Virus record (IMG/VR): IMGVR_UViG_3300025673_000016
Span: 1-26,151 of that record
Length of the DNA stretch: 26,151 nt
Source: a virus
Lineage: Duplodnaviria; Caudoviricetes
Direction: 5' to 3' (one strand)
Position numbers and translations under genes: made by a program. The notes under the pieces are model-generated. The model saw nothing but the letters and a program-made list of their open reading frames with translations. It ran no database searches and was not told where the DNA came from. Shown piece after piece: positions 1 to 7,843 of this stretch (position 1 is its first letter; each line of letters begins with the position of its first letter).

Positions 1-17
1 GGCATGGGGAAGAGGAC

Positions 18-230
18 ATGATTGAGTGGTTGAATCGGTGGGTAAAGCCTCCTATCGATATCTTTGATTACAAGACGTATGGTTACAAAAACAGGCCAGA
101 TAATAAGTGTTGGTGCGGTGGTGGACTTGTTCGGTTTTACAGTAAGGGCTACAGTCAGTGTGTTGATCTGGAATCATGCGGTCGGAAGTATGATACTGAC
201 GACGGTGTAGAGATAAAGCATCAACGATAA
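18..230 (+). CDS. Small hypothetical protein, possible Zn-ribbon
   Basis: 70-aa ORF with RBS-like GAGGA upstream; CWC...QC...SCG cysteine pattern. Confidence 0.55.
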   Translation: MIEWLNRWVKPPIDIFDYKTYGYKNRPDNKCWCGGGLVRFYSKGYSQCVDLESCGRKYDTDDGVEIKHQR

Positions 231-242
231 GGAGATAGGATA

Positions 243-380
243 ATGGCGTGGCAAGAAGACGATGATGAGTCGAAGGATAAGCGGTACGAGTGCCGAGCGT
301 GTGGCGATCCGTGTGAAGAGGATGGTTCGTTGTGCGAAACGTGTGACTATCTGTTAGATAAGGAAGACAGTAAGGATTAG
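243..380 (+). CDS. 45-aa acidic zinc-finger-like microprotein (not in ORF track)
   Basis: Manual translation MAWQEDDDESKDKRYECRACGDPCEEDGSLCETCDYLLDKEDSKD*; CxxC...CxxC; preceded by TAAGGAG; fills the gap between neighbouring ORFs. Confidence 0.6.
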   Translation: MAWQEDDDESKDKRYECRACGDPCEEDGSLCETCDYLLDKEDSKD

Positions 381-382
381 GG

Positions 383-574
383 ATGAACGATAGGATAAAG
401 GAATTAGTGAAGCATATTACTGCTGCAAACAATAGGTTTTACCATGCGGCGCAGTGTGTGGCTGATGAGAAGGAGATTAAGTTGAGAGTGAGTAAATGCT
501 TAGAGGCGTACGATGCGTTGAGCGATGCGCTTGATGCTGGCGTGATGCGTGAACCGTGGGAAAGGGGGGAGTGA
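383..574 (+). CDS. Hypothetical protein
   Basis: 63-aa ORF tightly packed between neighbours; TAAGGA upstream. Confidence 0.55.
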   Translation: MNDRIKELVKHITAANNRFYHAAQCVADEKEIKLRVSKCLEAYDALSDALDAGVMREPWERGE

Positions 575-575
575 T

Positions 576-1049
576 ATGCCAGGTATGCCGGAGAGAAGAA
601 GGCGTAACGAGATGGCCGATAAGAAGATGGCAGATGCGTTCTTTTGGGAGGATCTGTTCACTAGGGTGAGTCATGGGTTGTCGATACAGGAGTACGCCAA
701 GACGAGGGACGTACCGTACAAGCGGATGATGGCACGGATTAAAGAGGATGAGGCGTTGAGCCAAGGGTTGGATGAGGCTAAACACGCTAGGGCTTGGGGG
801 TATTTTGAGGATGTGGATAGGGTTACTGACCTGGTAGAAGAGGGGAAGATAGACCCGAACTCTGGGAGGGTGGTGATACAGTCACGGCAGTGGCAAGCTA
901 AGATGATGAACAGGCAAGACTTTGGTGATAGGCAACAGGTAGAGCTGAAGGTGGAAGATGTAACGCAGAAGCACCTTGATGCAGTGCGTCAGATGTCAGC
1001 ACCGGAGGTTGTTGAGGGTGAGGTGATAAGGGGTGAGGACGACGGTTGA
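576..1049 (+). CDS. terS: Terminase small subunit (Sf6-like)
   Basis: N-terminal HTH-like segment, then EAKHARA...RVVIQSRQWQAKMMNRQDFGDRQQV resembling the Sf6-type TerS signature; lies upstream of terL. ATG 576 preferred over 549 because GGGGGAG precedes it. Confidence 0.75.
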   Translation: MPGMPERRRRNEMADKKMADAFFWEDLFTRVSHGLSIQEYAKTRDVPYKRMMARIKEDEALSQGLDEAKHARAWGYFEDVDRVTDLVEEGKIDPNSGRVVIQSRQWQAKMMNRQDFGDRQQVELKVEDVTQKHLDAVRQMSAPEVVEGEVIRGEDDG

Positions 1050-1094
1050 GCCGCACCGTCGCACCGGTCCACGCACCCGCGCGATTGTACCGCT

Positions 1095-1122
1095 ATTTAA
1101 CATAATCTGGCAATCAACACCG
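1095..1122 (-). promoter_or_regulatory. dif-like site: perfect XerD arm, degenerate XerC arm
   Basis: Minus strand reads CGGTGTTGATT GCCAGA TTATGTTAAAT; TTATGTTAAAT equals the E. coli dif XerD arm. Confidence 0.5.
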
Positions 1123-1169
1123 TACCTAAGAACAGGGTTGTCCGAGCAGTAAAGTGCTAGGACAGTGGG

Positions 1170-1193
1170 TTGACGGTAACTTTGACGGTAACT
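1170..1193. repeat. Perfect 12-bp tandem direct repeat
   Basis: TTGACGGTAACT at 1170-1181 and 1182-1193. Confidence 0.9.
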
Positions 1194-1223
1194 GCTGACC
1201 TGGTGCATCAGTAAACCTAAGTA

Positions 1224-1236
1224 AATCAATGACTTA
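1224..1236 (+). promoter_or_regulatory. IHF consensus site
   Basis: AATCAATGACTTA matches WATCAANNNNTTR exactly. Confidence 0.55.
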
Positions 1237-1409
1237 GTATGCCAATGTGATCCCTGTACTCGCCTCCACATCGGCCTAGGGTGCCAACCGGCTGCCTGGA
1301 TGACCTCGATGCCCCCCCTTCGGCCCAGCGGCGGGGGTCATGATAATTATCACCCCCTGACACACACGAACAACCCCCCACCTAATTTAAAAAATAATAA
1401 ATAAAATCC

Positions 1410-1438
1410 TTGCTAATACTTAGATATAAGTACATACT
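1410..1438 (+). promoter_or_regulatory. Sigma70-like promoter with operator-like inverted repeat in the spacer
   Basis: TTGCTA (1410-1415), 17 bp, CATACT (1433-1438); AT-rich UP-like tract upstream; TACTTA-GATA-TAAGTA at 1417-1432; palindrome GTTGAATTCAAC at 1442-1453. Confidence 0.6.
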
Positions 1439-1474
1439 GTAGTTGAATTCAACAACAACCAACCGGAGAGAATC

Positions 1475-2002
1475 ATGAAATACCTAAGATTATTAACTGG
1501 CCACCAAGACCCAAAGTTATCGAAGATCGAACTGTTCTACAGTAGAAAGAACGCTGAAGGCTCAGCGAAGGAGTTCAACGATGAGATCATTGAGGATGAG
1601 TACGATGGTAACGAGGATGCTTGGTTGAATGATGGCAACGCGCAAGCGTACTCAGTTGTTGATCTGGATATTCAGTTCCCATCAGGTGCTGATGGTGACT
1701 ATGGTTTGCGTAATGATTTTTTCAACTTCAGAGCAGTGATCGATGGCGTTGACTACGAATGTCAGTGCTGTGCTGATGGTGCTGGTAGTATTGATTTTAG
1801 GGATTGTGGCTATGATGATGGCATGACATCAGAGGTTAATGAGGATTTGGCCCAGCTTGTCGGATGGGATGGAGTGCTTGAATTAATCGAATACGCCCAT
1901 GCTCAGTGGGAAAACGAACCACCAGCGAAGGAGAGAAAAAGGCATATAGAATTGTTAGCCAACGCATGGCCTCGCTCGTCTAAACCCAAACAAACTCATT
2001 AA
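1475..2002 (+). CDS. Acidic hypothetical moron protein
   Basis: 175 aa, about 36 D/E versus 17 K/R by hand count; GGAGAG RBS; own promoter. Confidence 0.75.
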   Translation: MKYLRLLTGHQDPKLSKIELFYSRKNAEGSAKEFNDEIIEDEYDGNEDAWLNDGNAQAYSVVDLDIQFPSGADGDYGLRNDFFNFRAVIDGVDYECQCCADGAGSIDFRDCGYDDGMTSEVNEDLAQLVGWDGVLELIEYAHAQWENEPPAKERKRHIELLANAWPRSSKPKQTH

Positions 2003-2014
2003 GGAACCCAACTA

Positions 2015-2179
2015 ATGGCTAGAAACACACCAGAAATCAACGCCCGCCACCAACGGGAGTTTGGTGAGCGAATGAAGGAGCAAGGGCTGGTAAAAAGGTG
2101 CTTTTGGGTAAAAAAGGAGAAAGTGGAAGAGATCAAGGAATACATCAAGATTATTAATAATGTGGTTGGAGTAAAATAG
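2015..2179 (+). CDS. 54-aa putative ribbon-helix-helix/MazE-like (DUF3018-like) DNA-binding protein (not in ORF track)
   Basis: Manual translation MARNTPEINARHQREFGERMKEQGLVKRCFWVKKEKVEEIKEYIKIINNVVGVK*; TAAGGA RBS; RxxxxxERMKxxGL plus alternating strand ending WV resembles DUF3018-type proteins. Confidence 0.6.
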   Translation: MARNTPEINARHQREFGERMKEQGLVKRCFWVKKEKVEEIKEYIKIINNVVGVK

Positions 2180-2216
2180 GGAAAAGTACCGTCGCTACTA
2201 TATTAAAAGAGGCAGC

Positions 2217-3620
2217 ATGCACAAAAACCCATACATAGATTTCATCGCCAAGTACCGGAGCAATCCGGTGCTGTTCGTTAAGGACGTTCTGCAAGTTCAC
2301 CCAGACGAGTGGCAAGCTGAGTTTCTAAGTCACATTGCCAGTGGCGAGAGGAAGATCAGCGTTCGATCTGGTCACGGTACTGGCAAGTCCACCGCAGCAA
2401 GCTGGGCGATGGTCTGGTACTTAACGACAAGGTTCCCATGCAAGATCGTGGTCACCGCGCCTACGTCATCCCAACTATTCGATGCGCTGTTCGCAGAGCT
2501 TAAAAGTTGGATACGCAATCTCCCGCCATACGTCGGTGAGTTGTTTGAAGTGACAAGCGACAGGGTGGTACTTAAAGCAGCGCCAAGTGAAGCGTTTATA
2601 TCGGCACGGACAGCAAGGGCAGAAACGCCCGAAGCGTTGGCTGGTGTGCATAGTCAGAACGTCTTACTGGTCTGTGACGAAGCGTCTGGGATCGATGAGA
2701 AGGTGTTCGAGGCAGCAAGTGGCTCAATGTCTGGTCACTCAGCAACGACTGTATTATTAGGTAACCCAACCCGATCATCTGGCCTGTTCTACGACACCCA
2801 TCACCGGGTTAAAGCAGACTGGAAGACCATGCACGTTAGTTGTTTAAAATCCCCCCGCGTGAGTGACGAGTTCGTTAGGGAGATGGAAGTAAAGTATGGA
2901 GCTGAAAGTAACCAGTTTAGGGTGCGTGTGCTTGGTGAGTTTCCATTAAAAGAAGACAACACCGTTATCCCAGCCGATACGGTCCAGTCTGCTCAGAAAC
3001 GAGACATCGAGAGTGATCCCGATACCGTTCCGGTGTGGGGGTTGGATGTTGCTCGGTTCGGTGCTGATAGCAGTGTTCTAGCGATCAGACACGGCAACGC
3101 CATTACAGAGTTAATATCCTGGAAAGGACTGAGCTTAATGGAGTTAACCGGGCGGGTGGTAGATCGGTACAACGGTCTGATCCCAAGGCAGCGACCAACC
3201 GAGATCCTAGTCGATAGTATTGGGCTAGGCGCTGGCGTGGTAGATCGGCTGCAAGAGCTGGGCCTACCGGTCAGAGGGATTAACGTGGGTGAAGCAAGCT
3301 CTATGAGTGGTACTTATCTGAATCTGCGGGCAGAGCTGTGGTTCAAGCTGAAGGATTGGCTGGCTGCAAAGGACTGTAAACTGCCAGTTGATAGTGCCTT
3401 ATTCTCCGAACTAGTGTCGCCCAGGTACCAGTTTACGTCCAGCGGTAAGATGAAGATCGAATCGAAGGACGAGATGCGTAAAAGGGGACTACCGTCGCCC
3501 GATAAAGCCGATGCGATCTGTTTAACGCTGGCAAGTGACGCAGCGACTGCCACTTTTGGATCAAAACACAGCGTTCAATGGAAGAAACCATTGAAAAGAG
3601 CGGTGAAAGGAGTAGTATAG
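2217..3620 (+). CDS. terL: Terminase large subunit
   Basis: Walker A SGHGTGKS, Walker B LLVCDEAS, coupling motif GNP, RNase H-like GLDVARFGADSS and SPDKADA. Confidence 0.95.
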   Translation: MHKNPYIDFIAKYRSNPVLFVKDVLQVHPDEWQAEFLSHIASGERKISVRSGHGTGKSTAASWAMVWYLTTRFPCKIVVTAPTSSQLFDALFAELKSWIRNLPPYVGELFEVTSDRVVLKAAPSEAFISARTARAETPEALAGVHSQNVLLVCDEASGIDEKVFEAASGSMSGHSATTVLLGNPTRSSGLFYDTHHRVKADWKTMHVSCLKSPRVSDEFVREMEVKYGAESNQFRVRVLGEFPLKEDNTVIPADTVQSAQKRDIESDPDTVPVWGLDVARFGADSSVLAIRHGNAITELISWKGLSLMELTGRVVDRYNGLIPRQRPTEILVDSIGLGAGVVDRLQELGLPVRGINVGEASSMSGTYLNLRAELWFKLKDWLAAKDCKLPVDSALFSELVSPRYQFTSSGKMKIESKDEMRKRGLPSPDKADAICLTLASDAATATFGSKHSVQWKKPLKRAVKGVV

Positions 3621-3624
3621 TAAC

Positions 3625-3738
3625 TGTCGATGTTTGTTGGGCAACAGCATAACACCTGACAATGTCTGAGGTTCCTTGTACGGTCCACAAAAGACAGTGT
3701 GGCCTGATCGGTGCTCGATACACCGGTTGGGCTTTTTA
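3625..3738 (+). ncRNA. Putative sRNA unit 1 / structured 3' region
   Basis: Possible promoter TTGAAA(3591)-16bp-TAGTAT(3613); short hairpins; ends in an intrinsic terminator. Confidence 0.35.
3702..3737 (+). terminator. Rho-independent terminator
   Basis: 12-bp stem GCCTGATCGGTG / CACCGGTTGGGC with 3 G-U pairs, 7-nt loop, then TTTTT. Confidence 0.8.
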
Positions 3739-3771
3739 ATGCCTGAGATACGCAGCGTGGTATAATTACTC

Positions 3772-3848
3772 CGTCGGTAATTGTTTCCTCATAACACTTC
3801 TCCGATAAAAGCTCGGTCCTTTTACGCGATAGGGGATCGGGCTTTTTA
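3772..3848 (+). ncRNA. Putative sRNA unit 2 with anti-RBS loop
   Basis: Extended -10 TGGTATAAT at 3758-3766; no + strand ORF of note; pyrimidine-rich TTCCTCATAACACTTCTCC; own terminator. Confidence 0.5.
3807..3847 (+). terminator. Rho-independent terminator
   Basis: AAAA, 12-bp stem GCTCGGTCCTTT / AGGGGATCGGGC with 4 G-U pairs, then TTTTT. Confidence 0.8.
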
Positions 3849-3921
3849 ATGCCGTAAATAGGGCAGAAACCCCACAAATACTTAGAAATAAGGCGTAAAT
3901 AGGGACAGTTCCCCACTTTCA

Positions 3922-3950
3922 TAGTCAAAACACCACCATAAGCGTATAAT
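3922..3950 (+). promoter_or_regulatory. Sigma70-like promoter for the portal/head operon
   Basis: TAGTCA (3922-3927), 17 bp, TATAAT (3945-3950), downstream of two terminators. Confidence 0.6.
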
Positions 3951-3983
3951 AGCCCCACCAGTGGCTTATTTGTGGTGCGATCC

Positions 3984-6101
3984 ATGTACGAAAACCCCGC
4001 CGAAGGTGGCATTGAGGAACCGATAGAGGTCATCGAGATCGATGATAAATCGCTCTCAGAAGAAGACCTTCAAGCTATTATCACCTCAGAGATAAGCTCC
4101 GCAGTCGAATTTATCGACAACGACGTTGGCCCTCAACGTGCCAAAGCGACCAAGTATTATAAGGGTGACAAGTTTGGCAACGAGGAAGATGGGCGCTCAC
4201 AGATAGTATCGCACGACGTAAGGGATACGATTGGCGCGATAATGCCATCACTGATGCGGATCTTCTTTTCTACCGATAAGGTGGTGGAGTTCGTACCGAA
4301 GAACGCCGAAGACGTTCCACGCGCAGAGCAAGCAACAGACTATATTAATTACATATTCACTCAGGATAACCCTGGGTTCCTGACGCTGCAATCGGCCTTC
4401 AAAGACGCGCTGGTTCGTAAAGTCGGCATAATCAAATACTGGTGGGATGAAGACGTAGAAGTCACCACTGAGCATTTTAGCGGCCTCAATCCAGAAGCCT
4501 TGCAGTTTTTGGCCTCTGATCCCCAGGTTGCGGTCGCTTCCCAGGAACTCGCAATGGAGATGGACGAGATGGGTCAACCCATCGGAATGCCATCAATCGA
4601 AGCGACAGTAACCCGCCGGGTAGACAAGGGTCGAGTGAAAGTTGAAGCCGTACCACCGGAAGAGTTCTTAATAGATCGTGACGCTAAGACCTTGGAAGAT
4701 GCAACGATTGTTGCTCACCGGACTACTTTAACGGTTAGCGACTTGGTGGCCAGAGGCTACGAAGAAGAGTTAATTCTAGAACACGCTGGCGATACCGATA
4801 TCTTGAACTGGAGCGACGAATTAGCTGCACGGCAAGAAACACAGAGCTATGGTCAGGCGACTCGATCAGACGATGCCGCCAAAGACGTTAGCTACACAGA
4901 AAGTTACATCAAGGCTGATATGGATGGCGATGGAATTGCCGAACTGATCAAAGTTTGTAGCATTGGCCCATCTAATAAGGTGTTGTTCTGGGAACCCGTT
5001 GCCGATATTCCTTTTGCGACGTTCTGTCCTGACCCCGAACCCCATACCTTTTTTGGAATGTCTGTAGCTGATTCAGTCATGGATATCCAACAGACTAAAT
5101 CTACTGTTTTACGAAATATGCTCGACAGTTTGTCGATGAGTATCCACCCGCGTACTGCGATTGTGGAAGGCCAGGCTAATATCGACGACGTTTTAAATAC
5201 TGAGGTTGGCGCGATCATTCGCATGAGAAGTGCCGGATCGGTCCAACCGTTCGCTATGCCTTTCGTAGGCAAAGAAGCATTTCCAATGATGCAGTATCTC
5301 GATGAGTTACGCGAGAACCGCACCGGCATTTCTAAAGCAGCCGCTGGACTAGATGCAGCAGCCCTTCAATCAAGCACAGCATCGGCGGTCAACGCAACGG
5401 TCAGTCAGGCACAACAGCACATCGAGATGATCGCTCGTATCTTTGCCGAGACAGGCATGAAGCAACTGTTCAAAGGGATCTTGAAGCTAATCACGACGCA
5501 TCAGGACGAGGAACGGATGACCCGGTTAAACAACCAGTTTGTCCCCATCGACCCAGCGTCGTGGAATGCTGACATGGATGTCGTCTCTAACGTCGCACTA
5601 GGTCAAGGGACCGACACAGAGAAGATCGCAGCACTGTCGCAGATCGCTGGTAAGCAAGAAGAGCTGATGAAGCTACTCGGTCCGGTGAACGCTTTGGTCT
5701 CTCCCAAACAATACAGCAACACGCTGGCTAAGATTGTCGAGCTAAGTGGGTTTAAAGATCCCTCGATGTTCATCAACGCGCTGCAAGATGGGCAACCATT
5801 AGTCCCACCGGAAGCATCGCAGAACAAGAAGAAATCACCAGAAGAATTGTTAGCTGAAGTTCAAGCGCAAAGCATCCAAGCAGACATCCAGAAGAAAGCA
5901 GCAGAGCTGGAATTGAAGCGTGACGAGATGATGAGGAAAGATGACTTGGAGCGTGACAAGTTGGATGCTGATATCCATCTTAAAGCAGCAGAGATCCAAG
6001 GCAAGCACGGCACCTCAGTCAACGTCGCACAGATCAAGGCTGACGTAGATCGTGACAGAGAAATGATTAAAGGTATTCAAGCTGGAAGAGGTGTTCGGTA
6101 G
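3984..6101 (+). CDS. Portal protein (P22/SU10-type)
   Basis: About 705 aa after terL; YYKGD...GRSQIVSHDVRDT, VPPEEFLID, PEPHTFFGMS, C-terminal coiled-coil barrel. Start is ATG 3984 or GTG 3972. Confidence 0.92.
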   Translation: MYENPAEGGIEEPIEVIEIDDKSLSEEDLQAIITSEISSAVEFIDNDVGPQRAKATKYYKGDKFGNEEDGRSQIVSHDVRDTIGAIMPSLMRIFFSTDKVVEFVPKNAEDVPRAEQATDYINYIFTQDNPGFLTLQSAFKDALVRKVGIIKYWWDEDVEVTTEHFSGLNPEALQFLASDPQVAVASQELAMEMDEMGQPIGMPSIEATVTRRVDKGRVKVEAVPPEEFLIDRDAKTLEDATIVAHRTTLTVSDLVARGYEEELILEHAGDTDILNWSDELAARQETQSYGQATRSDDAAKDVSYTESYIKADMDGDGIAELIKVCSIGPSNKVLFWEPVADIPFATFCPDPEPHTFFGMSVADSVMDIQQTKSTVLRNMLDSLSMSIHPRTAIVEGQANIDDVLNTEVGAIIRMRSAGSVQPFAMPFVGKEAFPMMQYLDELRENRTGISKAAAGLDAAALQSSTASAVNATVSQAQQHIEMIARIFAETGMKQLFKGILKLITTHQDEERMTRLNNQFVPIDPASWNADMDVVSNVALGQGTDTEKIAALSQIAGKQEELMKLLGPVNALVSPKQYSNTLAKIVELSGFKDPSMFINALQDGQPLVPPEASQNKKKSPEELLAEVQAQSIQADIQKKAAELELKRDEMMRKDDLERDKLDADIHLKAAEIQGKHGTSVNVAQIKADVDRDREMIKGIQAGRGVR

Positions 6102-6290
6102 ATGGCTGGACTCTTAGCCAATAACTACTCGCAACGCAATCCACCAGCGTTAGGTGATGCGTTGTCGGGTCTGTTGGGTAACTGGGGTGGCAATATCGAG
6201 CAAGGGCTATTAACTTCTTTCCCATTTTTAGCAGAAAACGATCCCTATAAGATCGGACAGAGTTTACTCCGTGAGGGTGTGGGTCTAGGA
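6102..6290 (+). repeat. Leader repeat copy 1 (copy 2 at 7655-7843)
   Basis: 63 codons, 50/63 aa identical to copy 2, with many synonymous differences. Confidence 0.95.
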
Positions 6291-7658
6291 ACCATAGCTG
6301 GAGTTAATGCCAAGACGTTAAACCCTAAGACCTTAGAACTAGCCGAGCAGATGCGTGACTCTGGAGCAAGTAGAGATGACATCTGGAAATCAACCGGTGA
6401 GCAGTTTGGTCAACCGTCTTGGTTTGATAACGGTCAATTTATGTGGGAGATAGACGACTCAGGCGCTAAGTATCTGACACCAGCCGAAGTTCTTGAAGAG
6501 TCTAAAAGGTTAGAAAATAAGTTAGTTAGCAATAAAGATGTAATCAAAACTAATGCAGATTCACTAAAAATACAAGGCGATATCTGGGAGAAAGACCTAA
6601 AAAAGACTCTCACCGGACTTAGGCGAGAAAATAAAGATATCAGAGGTCTGTTGGATGATTATGAAGGTGTTACTAGGGTTGCCGATGGGACTGGTTCCGC
6701 CTACTGGAGTACACCACTAAAAACCGTATTTCAGCACAAAGAGCTAGAGGCTGCCTACCCTGGAATCTTCGATTATCGGGCAAACTATTTTAAACCATCC
6801 CAATATCAAGACTACAGGGGTTTTCATCTACCTAACACCAAAGAGATGGGTTTAAGAGATGATTTAGGCGAGGACATGACCTCTGTTGGGTTGCACGAAG
6901 TTAATCACGCAATACAGACCGATCAAGGTTTTCCGAGAGGAAATAATCCAGATCAGGTTGTGCAGTCGAGAGTCAATTATATAGATGATGTTTTTGGAGC
7001 AAACGAAGACAGTTTACAAAAGTGGCGTGAACTTAGTAAGACGCACAAAGAAATGGAAGCGTACGCGGGGATAGATAATATTCTCGACTTCATGGATATC
7101 AAACAGCCGAGACATCTATTTAATACCCAACAGTATCACGAATATTCACACTATTTAAGACTGGAGTTAGGTCCACCACCGAAACGAGGACCGGAACGGT
7201 TGAAGTGGGCGCAAGACGCTGGACAGTTGATCGCGCACGAAGAGATAGGAAAGGCGAAGGGTCACCAATGGTGGACTTTCTATGAAGAAGACGGTTTTAA
7301 GTCAAAACTAGCTGAATATAGTAAAGACAGGAAGAGTCTCAAAAACAAGAAACGAAGACTGGATCGCAGACTCAGTAATTTGAGAAGTGACACCGAACAG
7401 GTGAGATTACTGAAGAACGAACGTGGCAGACTAGCCGAAGACCCTAACAGTTCACTACTGCGTCACTTCACTCCAGAAGAGCGTTATCAGATGTATCTGC
7501 GCGAACACGGGGAAGCAATGTCTAGGGCAGTGCAGCATCGAATGGGTATGTCGTTAGATGAGCGGATTAATAAGCCCATCTGGAAATCCTTAGACGTTCC
7601 AGAGAGTGAAATATTCAGACAATACCCCGAAAGCGTAGCGAAACAGGGACTCCTATGA
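6102..7658 (+). CDS. Polyvalent-type cargo protein 1: shared leader + LPD23-like domain + zincin metallopeptidase
   Basis: AEQMRDSGASRDDIWKSTG...MWEIDDSGA (LPD23-like); HKELEAAYP; HEVNHAIQ...GFPRG (HExxH); YLREHGEAMSRAVQHR; ends KQGLL. Confidence 0.7.
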   Translation: MAGLLANNYSQRNPPALGDALSGLLGNWGGNIEQGLLTSFPFLAENDPYKIGQSLLREGVGLGTIAGVNAKTLNPKTLELAEQMRDSGASRDDIWKSTGEQFGQPSWFDNGQFMWEIDDSGAKYLTPAEVLEESKRLENKLVSNKDVIKTNADSLKIQGDIWEKDLKKTLTGLRRENKDIRGLLDDYEGVTRVADGTGSAYWSTPLKTVFQHKELEAAYPGIFDYRANYFKPSQYQDYRGFHLPNTKEMGLRDDLGEDMTSVGLHEVNHAIQTDQGFPRGNNPDQVVQSRVNYIDDVFGANEDSLQKWRELSKTHKEMEAYAGIDNILDFMDIKQPRHLFNTQQYHEYSHYLRLELGPPPKRGPERLKWAQDAGQLIAHEEIGKAKGHQWWTFYEEDGFKSKLAEYSKDRKSLKNKKRRLDRRLSNLRSDTEQVRLLKNERGRLAEDPNSSLLRHFTPEERYQMYLREHGEAMSRAVQHRMGMSLDERINKPIWKSLDVPESEIFRQYPESVAKQGLL

Positions 7659-7843
7659 CCGGCCTTCTAACCAACAGCTATAGCCAACGCAACCCACCGT
7701 CACTCGGTGAGGCTATGTCAGGTCTGCTCGGCAACTGGGGTGGCAACATAGAGCAAGGGTTGCTGTCTGCACTTCCAGTGTTAGCTGAGAATGATCCCTA
7801 TAAGATCGGGCAACAACTACTGCGCGAAGGTGCGGGGGTTGGC
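7655..7843 (+). repeat. Leader repeat copy 2
   Basis: MTGLLTNSYSQRNPPSLGEAMSGLLGNWGGNIEQGLLSALPVLAENDPYKIGQQLLREGAGVG. Confidence 0.95.

Noticed and set aside
1341-1352. Fur box
   Set aside because: TGATAATTATCA is 3 bp short of the 7-1-7 Fur consensus and lies well upstream of the predicted promoter; kept only as an unexplained palindrome.
3621-3853. CRISPR mini-array or RNA anti-CRISPR repeat
   Set aside because: The shared sequence is only a 15-mer terminator tail 110 bp apart, not a recognisable CRISPR repeat with 30-40 bp spacers.
3575-4033. 152-aa minus-strand ORF spanning the terL-portal intergenic region
   Set aside because: It overlaps both genes and crosses terminators and promoters, with no recognisable motif; likely spurious, as are most minus-strand shadow ORFs in the track.
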